This document shows, in pieces, positions 18,306-25,727 of a stretch of DNA of 30,223 nucleotides. This DNA is from Candidatus Sericytochromatia bacterium (GTDB taxonomy: Bacteria > Cyanobacteriota > Sericytochromatia > S15B-MN24 > JAQBPE01), in contig JAYKHR010000073.1 of NCBI GenBank assembly GCA_035285125.1, positions 1-30,223 of the forward strand, read 5' to 3'. The position numbers and the translations under genes were made by a program. Below the pieces are notes generated by a model that worked only from the letters and a program-made list of their open reading frames with translations, was not told where the DNA came from and searched no databases. Position 1 is the stretch's first letter. Every line of letters starts with the position of its first letter.

Positions 18306-19177
18306 GCCCTGGCAGGCACGTGCAGGCGCGGCGGGTGGTGGTCGGGCTCGGCGGGATCCTCCTCGGGGCGACGGCCTGCGTGGCCGCCCCCGCCGGGGCC
18401 GCGTCCCCGGTGGCGGCGCCGCCTGGGGGTCCGGCCCTCCTGCCGGGAGCGACGCCGCCCGGCTTGCCTGCCTTGCCGCCTCCCTACCCGGTGGCGGGGG
18501 CGCCTGGCCGCTCGGCCCCTGGCCCGGTGGCGCGCCAGCCCGCTGGCCCGGCGCTGCCTGTGGCATCGCGCGGCAGGCTGGTCGGGGACCTCGGCGCTGC
18601 GGCCTGGTCGAGCTGGGAGAACGTCACCTACCTGCCCTGGAGCCGCAAGAGCCGGTACGCCCGTCAGGATGGCCCGGATGGCCCTGTGGTGCGCGTGGAC
18701 GCCGACGACTCGGCCTCGATGCTGGTGCGCCTCGTGGCCTTCGACCCCCGCCGCGAGCCGATCGTGTCCTGGCGCTGGCGCATCGCGAGCCCGCCCACGG
18801 CCGGGGACGAGCGGGTCAAGGAGCGCGACGACTGCGCGGCGCGGGTGTACTTCGTGTGGGGCCTGCGCAGCCGCAGCGACGTGTTCTCGTCCAAGGGCCT
18901 CGCCTACGTGTGGGGCCGCACGCGCCGGGTGGGGGAGGTCGGGGCCTCGCCCTTCACCGACCAGGTCGGCGTCGTCACCCTGCGCAGCGGGGCCGCCGGG
19001 GCCGGGGCCTGGCAGGTTGAGCAGCGGGACCTCGAGGCGGACTACCGGGCGTACTTCGGGACGTCGCCGGATGGCCCCGTCTCGGCGATCGCCCTGCTGA
19101 CGGACACCGACCACACGAATGGCAGGGCCACGGCCTGGTACGGGCCGGTCCACGCGCAGGCGCGACCGGCCCGCTGA
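18302..19177 (+). CDS. DUF3047 domain putative lipoprotein
   Basis: ATGA overlap with the upstream stop; LLGATA-C; SWRWRI, DDCAARVYFVW, LAYVWG, RDLEADY, IALLTDTDHTNGRATAWYG match the DUF3047 pattern. Confidence 0.75.
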   Translation: MSPGRHVQARRVVVGLGGILLGATACVAAPAGAASPVAAPPGGPALLPGATPPGLPALPPPYPVAGAPGRSAPGPVARQPAGPALPVASRGRLVGDLGAAAWSSWENVTYLPWSRKSRYARQDGPDGPVVRVDADDSASMLVRLVAFDPRREPIVSWRWRIASPPTAGDERVKERDDCAARVYFVWGLRSRSDVFSSKGLAYVWGRTRRVGEVGASPFTDQVGVVTLRSGAAGAGAWQVEQRDLEADYRAYFGTSPDGPVSAIALLTDTDHTNGRATAWYGPVHAQARPAR

Positions 19178-19234
19178 GGCCGGCGCCCCAGGGCCCTGCC
19201 GCCGGGAGGTGCCCCGCCCGTCGCCGGGAGCCGC

Positions 19235-20578
19235 TCACAGCAGGAAGTCGATCGCCTCCAGCGTCCGCTGCACCAGCCGGCGCCACCAGGGCACGCCCGC
19301 CAGTGCCTCCGCCGCCGGGCGGGCCTTCTCCCAGTCGGGCCCCAGCACGCGGGTGACGAAGTCCCGCGCCAGCTTCGGGTCGCGGATGACGGCGTTGAGC
19401 TCGTGGTTGTGGGTGAGGGTCCGCGCGTCGCCGTTGGCCGAGCCGAGTGAGAGCACCTTGCCATCCACCACGAGGGCCTTGAAGTGGCTGAAGGCCTGCA
19501 CCCACTCCTCGCCATGGGGCCGCACGTCCACGAAGCGCACCTCGACCCCGGCGGCCGTCAGCTGGCGGGCCGTCTCCAAGTTCAGGTTGCCGAACAGCAG
19601 CCCGGGCAGCCCGCGCTCGCCCTTGCCCGGGAGCATGACCTTGATGGCGAGTGCCGGGTTGCGGCGCTTGGCTGCGAGGAGCTCCTCGATCAGCGCGTCG
19701 TCCGAAAGGTACGGGTACACCAGCTGGATCTCCCGCTCGGCGTAGCGGATCAGCTTCAGGTGGGTGTCGCGCAGCTCCGTCTTCTTGCGGTGCGGATCCG
19801 TGACGACGGTCTGCACCCAGGCGCTGCCCCCCGCCTGCCCGCGTGCGGCCGGCAGCTGTGCGGGGAGCTCGCCGCCCGCGTTGACCCAGTTCTTGAGGAA
19901 CTCGCGCTGCACGCGCTGCGTCTCCTCGCCCGTGATGGTGAACATCAGGTCATGCCAGGCGTACTCCTGCTGGTTCCGCGGATTGATGAAGTGCGGGCGG
20001 AGGTACTCGTCGCCGATGTTGCGGCCGCCCGACAGGAAGCGCGAGCCGTCCTGGATGAACAGCTTGCGGTGCGTGATGGGCGTGACGCCCCGGGCCGTGG
20101 GGTCCACGCCGCCCCGGTTGAACTCCAGCACGTCCACGCCACCCTCGCGCAGCCGCTGCACGATCGTGTTCTCCTTGCCCGTGGCGGCACCGTCGCGGAG
20201 CCCGGACCAGTCCACGAGGACCTTGGCGTCGAACGTCTCGCCGCGGCTCGCCGCCAGCCGCTTGCGCGCGATCAGGGCGTCGGCGATCTCGCGTCCGGAG
20301 GCGTCGTCGTGCCAGATGAAGATCTCGATCCAGAAGGCCTCGCGGGCCGTTCGGATGGCTGCCAGGATTGCCTCGCGAGACTCGTCGGCCGTGACGTGAA
20401 GCGCCACGGCGTTGCGGTAGGTGGGGGCGTCGAGCGCCAGCTGCTCCACCCCGAAGGTGCCGTTGCGGGCGATGACGCGGCTGGCCATCTCGGGCGCCGA
20501 GGCGACGGCGGCCGGCCGGGCCTCCCCGGGCATCCGGCGGTCCTGAATCTTCAAGATGCGGTCGCGCAGGGTGGGCAT
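19235..20578 (-). CDS. Phospholipase D superfamily (cardiolipin synthase-like) protein without signal peptide, PLD-2
   Basis: HRKLFIQDGSRFLSGGRNIGDEY, WHDL, HFKALVVDGKVLSLGSANGD. Confidence 0.88.
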   Translation of the reverse strand: MPTLRDRILKIQDRRMPGEARPAAVASAPEMASRVIARNGTFGVEQLALDAPTYRNAVALHVTADESREAILAAIRTAREAFWIEIFIWHDDASGREIADALIARKRLAASRGETFDAKVLVDWSGLRDGAATGKENTIVQRLREGGVDVLEFNRGGVDPTARGVTPITHRKLFIQDGSRFLSGGRNIGDEYLRPHFINPRNQQEYAWHDLMFTITGEETQRVQREFLKNWVNAGGELPAQLPAARGQAGGSAWVQTVVTDPHRKKTELRDTHLKLIRYAEREIQLVYPYLSDDALIEELLAAKRRNPALAIKVMLPGKGERGLPGLLFGNLNLETARQLTAAGVEVRFVDVRPHGEEWVQAFSHFKALVVDGKVLSLGSANGDARTLTHNHELNAVIRDPKLARDFVTRVLGPDWEKARPAAEALAGVPWWRRLVQRTLEAIDFLL

Positions 20579-20630
20579 CGGGGGCTCTCTCGGGGGGCTT
20601 GGGGTTTTGTCGGCGCGAGATGCCGAAAAG

Positions 20631-20671
20631 TTCTTAAAATATGGTTAAATAGCGCGCTTGGGATGGTTAAC
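20631..20671 (-). promoter_or_regulatory. Pho-box-like direct repeats upstream of PLD-2
   Basis: Minus strand GTTAACCA (20671-20664), TTTAACCA (20649-20642), TTTAAGAA (20638-20631); periods 22 and 11. Confidence 0.5.
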
Positions 20672-20764
20672 TCTACGCCGCCAGACCGGGGCCGGGCTCC
20701 GGGCTCTGGTGGTTGCGTGTAAGCTGGCAGGCTGCTTTTCGGCGTTTTCCTCGGGCGCTGCCGA

Positions 20765-20824
20765 TTGACGCCCCGTGTGTTAAAGGTTTAGAATTGGTTA
20801 AGGGTTGAGCGTTTTCGGCTTAAC
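20765..20824 (+). promoter_or_regulatory. Sigma70-type promoter of PLD-3 overlapped by Pho-box-like repeats
   Basis: TTGACG (20765-20770)-18 nt-TAGAAT (20789-20794); minus-strand GTTAAGCC (20824-20817), CTTAACCA (20802-20795), CTAAACCT (20791-20784). Confidence 0.5.
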
Positions 20825-20842
20825 TTCACGGAAGGGAACAGC

Positions 20843-22165
20843 GTGGTCACCAACCTGAAGTCGCGCGCGCGGTGGACGCGCAGGGTCGCCCTGGGCCTGG
20901 CGCTGCTCGCGCTGGCAGGCTGCACTGCTCGGCCGCCCGGGGCCCCGGCCGCCGCGTCGCGGGGCGGCGAGGCGAGCACCCTCCTGGCGGCCGAGGGGCC
21001 CGAGCCCGGGCTCGACGAGCCGCCCTCGGCCGTGATCCACGTCCCGGCCGCGCCGCTGCGTCGGGCTGCGCCTCTGACGCGCGCCAACGCGGCCCGGGCC
21101 TTCGTGTCGCCGGCCGAGACGCTGCCGGCTCTCCTGGACCTGATCCGCGGGGCCCGGCGGTCGCTCTACCTGGAGACCTTCAACTTCGGCTACGACAGCT
21201 ACGGCCGGCGCATCGTGCCCCTGCTGGTCGAGAAGGCGCGGGCCGGCGTGGAGGTGCGCGTCGTGATGGACTACTGCGGCAGCCGCTTCCTGCCCGGCCA
21301 CCGCGCCCTGGTGCAGGAGCTCCGGGCGGGGGGCGTCGAGGTGCTGCGCTACCTGCCGCGCACCATCCGCAAGGACGACCGGATGGTCGGCATCAACATC
21401 CAGCACCGCAAGGTGTACCTCGCGGACGGCGCGCGCGCGCTGGTCGGGGGCGTGAACCTGATGCGGGAGTTCGACACCGTCCACCAGGACCTCCTCGTGG
21501 CGCTCGAGGGGCCCGTGGTGGCGGACCTGCACCGCGAGTTCGCGCTCGACCACCGGGCGGCTGGGGGCAAGGCCACGCTGACAGTGCCCCCCGTGCACCC
21601 GGGGCAGGGCACGGCCACGGCCCGCGTCGTCGTGACGAGCCCCGCGGAGGGCCGCTTCGAGGCCCGCGATGCGATCCTGGCCGGGATCGACGCCGCGCGA
21701 CACACCATCGACATCGAGAACCAGTACCTCTGGGACGACCGCCTGATCGGCCGGCTTTATGCCGCGCTGGAGCGGGGCGTGCGCGTCCGGCTGATCGTGC
21801 CTGGCGAGGAGCACAAGGCCGTCTTCAAGCAGATCCACGCCGAGGAGCTCCAGCGGCTCGTGGCCCGGGGGGCCGAGGCCCGGCTCTACCACGGAGACCC
21901 GGCGGACGCGCACCTGCACGCGAAGTACTACCAGGTGGACGCGGCCTGGGTCGCCGTGGGCTCGACGAACGGCGACACGCGGGCGTTGATGGACAACCAG
22001 GAGCTTCAGGTGGTGCTCGAGGACGCCAGGCTCGCGGCCGACCTCCGCACGCGCCTGTTCGAGCACGACTGGACCCGGCGCTCCGTGCCCTTCGTCTACA
22101 GGCCCTCGACGGTCTTCACCGGGCCGTTCCGGCGGCTGCTGGAGCTCATCGACTACTACATGTAG
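20843..22165 (+). CDS. Phospholipase D superfamily lipoprotein, PLD-3 (paralogue of PLD-1)
   Basis: GTG start after GAAGGGA; lipobox LLALAG-C; HRKVYLADGARALVGGVN and HAKYYQVDAAWVAVGSTN; ends DYYM like PLD-1. Confidence 0.88.
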   Translation: MVTNLKSRARWTRRVALGLALLALAGCTARPPGAPAAASRGGEASTLLAAEGPEPGLDEPPSAVIHVPAAPLRRAAPLTRANAARAFVSPAETLPALLDLIRGARRSLYLETFNFGYDSYGRRIVPLLVEKARAGVEVRVVMDYCGSRFLPGHRALVQELRAGGVEVLRYLPRTIRKDDRMVGINIQHRKVYLADGARALVGGVNLMREFDTVHQDLLVALEGPVVADLHREFALDHRAAGGKATLTVPPVHPGQGTATARVVVTSPAEGRFEARDAILAGIDAARHTIDIENQYLWDDRLIGRLYAALERGVRVRLIVPGEEHKAVFKQIHAEELQRLVARGAEARLYHGDPADAHLHAKYYQVDAAWVAVGSTNGDTRALMDNQELQVVLEDARLAADLRTRLFEHDWTRRSVPFVYRPSTVFTGPFRRLLELIDYYM

Positions 22166-22315
22166 GGAGCGTCACGCCCTGACGCCGGACCCACCGGGCC
22201 CTGCGGCGCCCGGGCGGTGGTCGTCGCGGTCAGGGGCCGACGGCAAGCAGGCCTGGCCGGGACGCGGCAGGCCAGGGTGGTGGTCCTGCCGTGTGCGGCC
22301 AGGGCCCAACGGCAA

Positions 22316-22343
22316 GCAGGCCCCGCCGGTTGGCGGGGCCTGC
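22316..22343. terminator. Hairpin terminator between convergent PLD-3 and lipoprotein genes
   Basis: 12-bp perfect stem gcaggccccgcc-ggtt-ggcggggcctgc, 11 nt past the stop at 22355. Confidence 0.6.
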
Positions 22344-22354
22344 GGAGGCCGGGC

Positions 22355-23422
22355 TCAGAGCTCGCCGGTGGCCACCGCCGTGGCGACCGGGTCGGCCGAG
22401 GGCGACGGGGTCGCGGTGGGCGTGGCCGAAGGCGTAGGCGTAGGCGAGACCGTCGGCGTGGCCGAGGGCGAGGGCGAGACCGACGGGGTGGCCGCATCGT
22501 CCTCGTCGATGATCGGCGAGGCCGAGGGCAGCGGGCTGGGGTTGTGGGAGGGGGCGATCTTGGACACCTCGACCTTGACCTTGCCGTCCGTGTCACGGGT
22601 GCCCGTGATCTCGGTGCGGTTGCCGTCGCGGTGCGTGATGAAGCCGTCGATCTGCTCCGAACCGTTGGCCCGCACCGCCTTGGTCCACTCGGCGTACTGC
22701 TGGCGGCCGTCGGGGTAAATCGTCGTCTCCCTGGTGACGACCTTGTAGGCGCCGTCGTCACCCTCGAGGGTGCGGACGCGGGACAGGTCGATGCGCAGGT
22801 CCTTATTCGTCAGGCCGGACTTCCGCACGGACAGGATCTGGGTGACGCCGTCCGCGTCGATGGTGCGCCGCGTCTCGATGGCGAAGGTGCCCTTGAGCGT
22901 GGATTGCCACGTCGTGATGATCTCCTTGCCGCCGCCCGCGAGGGTCTTGACCTCGGTCTTGGGCTCGGTGCGGTTCTTGCGCTGGGTGTCGATCTCCCCC
23001 TCGTGCAGCTCGAAGGCCTTCTCGCGCTTGTGCTTCAGGGCGAGCTTCACCTCGCGGCTGAGCTTCCAGCGCTGCCAGGCGCGCTGGATCGAGTCCTTGA
23101 GGTCACCGAAGACGCCCTGCAGCTGGTAGGTGGCGCCGTTGTCGGCCAGGAGCTCGAGGGCCTCGAGCTCGGCGTCGACGGTCACGACGTCGGCGGCTGC
23201 CGCCTGGGACATGGCCGCCACCGGCGCGGCGACGGCCACGCCGGGCCGTACGGCCACGGTGGGCGCGGGGCCCTTCACGTTCACGAGCGGCTGCACCGCC
23301 GTGAGCGGGGCCGGGGCCACGCCCCTGACGCCGGCGGAGGTCGCCAGGCGCGCCGTGGGCGTCGCGGCGCAGCCGGTGAGGATGGCGGCGGCGAGGGTCA
23401 CGAGGGTCGCGGAAGGGCGCAT
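22355..23422 (-). CDS. Hypothetical lipoprotein with beta-hairpin-rich core and C-terminal Pro/Ser/Thr repeat tail
   Basis: MRPSATLVTLAAAILTG-C lipobox; GGAG RBS; tail SPSPSATPTVSPTPTPSATPTATPSPS. Confidence 0.75.
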   Translation of the reverse strand: MRPSATLVTLAAAILTGCAATPTARLATSAGVRGVAPAPLTAVQPLVNVKGPAPTVAVRPGVAVAAPVAAMSQAAAADVVTVDAELEALELLADNGATYQLQGVFGDLKDSIQRAWQRWKLSREVKLALKHKREKAFELHEGEIDTQRKNRTEPKTEVKTLAGGGKEIITTWQSTLKGTFAIETRRTIDADGVTQILSVRKSGLTNKDLRIDLSRVRTLEGDDGAYKVVTRETTIYPDGRQQYAEWTKAVRANGSEQIDGFITHRDGNRTEITGTRDTDGKVKVEVSKIAPSHNPSPLPSASPIIDEDDAATPSVSPSPSATPTVSPTPTPSATPTATPSPSADPVATAVATGEL

Positions 23423-23510
23423 CGGGGGCACTCCATCGGGAAGGTCTGGGGCCAGGGCGGAGGCAAGCTGCCTTCCACACCCTCCTTGTCGCCGGGGAGG
23501 CTGAGGCATT

Positions 23511-23540
23511 CGATAAAGACCACGTAAAGTCTACGTTAAA
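23511..23540 (-). promoter_or_regulatory. Three tandem Pho-box-like repeats (11-bp period)
   Basis: Minus strand TTTAACGT-aga-CTTTACGT-ggt-CTTTATCG. Confidence 0.5.
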
Positions 23541-23549
23541 GCTTCGACC

Positions 23550-24626
23550 TCAGGCGCCGTCGGGCCCGGTCGCGAGCCCGAGGGCACACCCCGGTGTGTC
23601 CGGGGAGCAGCGCGAGGCCTCGGCCTGGATGGCCACGTGGGTGATGCCGTGGCGCGTGGCGAGCACCTGGTTGCAGGCTGCCACGATCGCGACGGCGCGC
23701 GGCACGTCGGCCTCGGCGACCAGCACATGGCACGACAGGCTCGGCAGGCCGTGGGCGATCCCCCAGACGTGGAGGTCGTGGACTTCCTGCACGCCGTCGA
23801 CGGCGGCCAGATCAGCCGCGATCCGGGCCGGTTCGAGGTGCGCGGGGACGGCCTCCATCAGGATCTCGACGCTCTCGTCGACGATCTGCCAGGCCCCCCA
23901 GGCGATCAGGGCGGCGATCGCGACCGAGAGCAGGGGGTCGATCGCCGTCCAGCCCGTCAGGGCGATCAGCCCGGCGCCGACGACCACGCCCGCCGACGCG
24001 GCGGCGTCTCCGAGCACGTGCATATAGGCGCTGCGCACGTTCAGGCTGTCGTGGGCGTGGGCGTGCAGGCGCCACCCGATCACGCCGTTGATCAGCAGCC
24101 CGAGGGTGGCCGCCACCAGCATGGGGCCAGCCTCGATGGGGTGGGGCGATGAGAGCCGGTGCCAGGCCTCCCAGGCGATCCAGAGGGCGATCAGCAGCAG
24201 GCTGAGGGCGTTGGCCAGGGCCGCCAGGATCCCCGTCCGGTGGTGCCCAAAGGTCCGGCGGTGCGTCGCGGGCCGGGCGGCCTGCCGCGTCGCGTACCAC
24301 GACAGCCCCAGCGCGGCGACGTCCGTGACGACGTGGCCGGCATCGGCCAGCAGGGCGAGGCTCCCGGAGCGGGCCGAGCCCACCAGCAGCACCCCCAGCA
24401 CGCCGCACGACAGCCAGAAGGCCCAGGCAAGCTCCCGACCGCTCGCGTGCAGGTGGTGGTGGCCGTGCGCGTGGTGCCTGTGGTCATGCCCGTGCGCGTG
24501 GTGCCCGTGGTCATGCCCGTGCCCGGCGTGGTCGTGGTGGTGGCCGTGGTGGTGGCCGTGCCTCTGGGGGGGCTCGTGCTCGTGGCCGTGCCCGTGCGGG
24601 TGGTCAGGCCCGGCACAGGTGCCCAT
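23550..24626 (-). CDS. czcD: Cation diffusion facilitator (CzcD/ZitB-type Zn/Co/Cd efflux) with long His-rich N-terminus
   Basis: SGSLALLADAGHVVTD, TFGHHR..ILAALAN, SLNVRSAYMHVLGD, VHDLHVWGI, SCHV; about 28 His in the first 62 aa. Confidence 0.9.
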   Translation of the reverse strand: MGTCAGPDHPHGHGHEHEPPQRHGHHHGHHHDHAGHGHDHGHHAHGHDHRHHAHGHHHLHASGRELAWAFWLSCGVLGVLLVGSARSGSLALLADAGHVVTDVAALGLSWYATRQAARPATHRRTFGHHRTGILAALANALSLLLIALWIAWEAWHRLSSPHPIEAGPMLVAATLGLLINGVIGWRLHAHAHDSLNVRSAYMHVLGDAAASAGVVVGAGLIALTGWTAIDPLLSVAIAALIAWGAWQIVDESVEILMEAVPAHLEPARIAADLAAVDGVQEVHDLHVWGIAHGLPSLSCHVLVAEADVPRAVAIVAACNQVLATRHGITHVAIQAEASRCSPDTPGCALGLATGPDGA

Positions 24627-24808
24627 CAGGCCTCGCCGCCATCGATGCGGGCCCGCACCGCCTGGATGGAGCCCAGCGGCGCCGGCGTTGCGGCAACGGG
24701 CCGATCAGGCGCAGGTGGTCCGGCGGGCTCGACGGGGCCGAGCAGCGGGCCCGTCGCGGCCTTCTTGACCTGCCTGAGCAGGGAGCGGGAGAGCTTGTCT
24801 TCAGGCAT
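24626..24808 (-). CDS. Small hypothetical protein (60 aa) translationally coupled to czcD
   Basis: GGAGG RBS before MPEDKLSRSLLRQVKKAATGPL; TGATG stop/start overlap with czcD. Confidence 0.55.
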   Translation of the reverse strand: MPEDKLSRSLLRQVKKAATGPLLGPVEPAGPPAPDRPVAATPAPLGSIQAVRARIDGGEA

Positions 24809-24921
24809 GGCCACCTCCGAGCTCATCATACCCCCGGCGCCCCCGTGATGCCCCTCACGGTCGCCAGGTTCCGCCAGGCGCACCATGCACCCCAGGGGCG
24901 AGCGGACTTCGTGGAGGCTTC

Positions 24922-25053
24922 ATGTTGGTCTCTCTCGAGCTAGGCGCAATGGTCCTCTGTGCGGCGCTGGCCGTCTGGGTGGCCTATACTCATTGCCCGG
25001 TCGACGAGGCCTCGGGTGGCCTCGACGAGCCGGGGGATTGGCAGACCTCCTAA
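24922..25053 (+). CDS. Putative 43-aa single-pass membrane microprotein (below the ORF-track cutoff)
   Basis: GGAGG at 24913-24917; MLVSLELGAMVLCAALAVWVAYTHCPVDEASGGLDEPGDWQTS*. Confidence 0.45.
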   Translation: MLVSLELGAMVLCAALAVWVAYTHCPVDEASGGLDEPGDWQTS

Positions 25054-25063
25054 GGCGCGTGGC

Positions 25064-25093
25064 TTGAACCGCCCGCGGGTCGCGTGCTAGGAT
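25064..25093 (+). promoter_or_regulatory. tRNA promoter (-35 and extended -10)
   Basis: TTGAAC-18 nt-TAGGAT with preceding TGn, 11 nt upstream of the tRNA. Confidence 0.6.
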
Positions 25094-25104
25094 TGCCACA
25101 CCAA

Positions 25105-25176
25105 GCCCCCATGGTCTAGTGGTTAGGACACCACCCTTTCAAGGTGGGAACACGGGTTCGAGCCCCGTTGGGGGTA
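25105..25176 (+). tRNA. tRNA-Glu (anticodon TTC); CCA not encoded
   Basis: Acceptor GCCCCCA/TGGGGGT; D arm GGTCTAGTGGTTAGGAC; anticodon stem CCACC/GGTGG with loop CTTTCAA; T arm ACGGG-TTCGAGC-CCCGT. Confidence 0.97.
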
Positions 25177-25186
25177 CTAGCTACTC

Positions 25187-25222
25187 GGCCTCGACTGTTG
25201 TTGCAGTCGAGGCCTTTGTTTT
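25187..25222 (+). terminator. Rho-independent terminator after the tRNA
   Basis: ggcctcgactg-ttgttg-cagtcgaggcc followed by tttgtttt. Confidence 0.85.
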
Positions 25223-25323
25223 CAACGCTTCGGGGGCTTGGGGTATGGCTCGCGCCAGCGCTCCTTGAGAGGCTGCAAGTCCCGCCGGTATGGGCTCTCG
25301 CCTGTTCGAGCCGTGTTGGGGCT

Positions 25324-25727
25324 TCAGAGGGTCTCGAAACACACCGCTGGTGAGACCTGAGACCTCCTCGCGAGGCCTTCGATGTGGGGCTTGTTCAACT
25401 CCCGCTTGTCGGAGAGCACCTCCGAGAGGATCGACGGCGTCTTGAAGAATCCGACGAGGTCCTTCTGCTTCAGGTTGTGCTGCTCCAGGAGCACCGGACC
25501 GTCTCGACCCCGCTCACGTCGGCAACGGGGTCGTGCGCCGCTTCATAGGCTGCCACCAGCAGGGTGATCAGGCTCGGGCATTCCTGCTCCGAGGGATGGA
25601 TTACCGGCCTGGCCAGCAAGCCCTCGATGATGGCCATGGCCTGCGCATCGTCTTGCTCGTCGTGCAGCGCCCGCGGGACGAAGCGGGCGATGAGTGCGTC
25701 TTGGATGATGTCATAGCCAAGAATCAT
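25324..25727 (-). pseudogene. higA: HigA-type antitoxin (HTH), frameshifted
   Basis: FVPRALHDEQDD...LITLLVAAYEAAHDPVADVSGVETVR, then a frameshift at about 25492 into LLEQHNLKQKDLVGFFKTPSILSEVLSDKRELNKPHIEGLARRSQVSPAVCF. Confidence 0.8.

Noticed and set aside
16053..18566. Long antisense or alternative-frame ORFs (also 5114-6784, 11209-13062, 19484-20722 and others)
   Set aside because: Shadow ORFs expected at high GC; Arg/Pro/Ala-rich with no motifs, and they overlap well-supported genes.
14087..22165. PLD-nuclease anti-phage system (DISARM DrmC or similar)
   Set aside because: These are double-HKD Cls-like proteins, two with lipoboxes, and no helicase or methylase partners are present.
24840..25050. 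NiCo riboswitch or sRNA upstream of czcD (hairpin at about 24996-25034)
   Set aside because: I could not see the conserved NiCo junction motifs, and the region is better explained by the small ORF. An Rfam scan would settle it.
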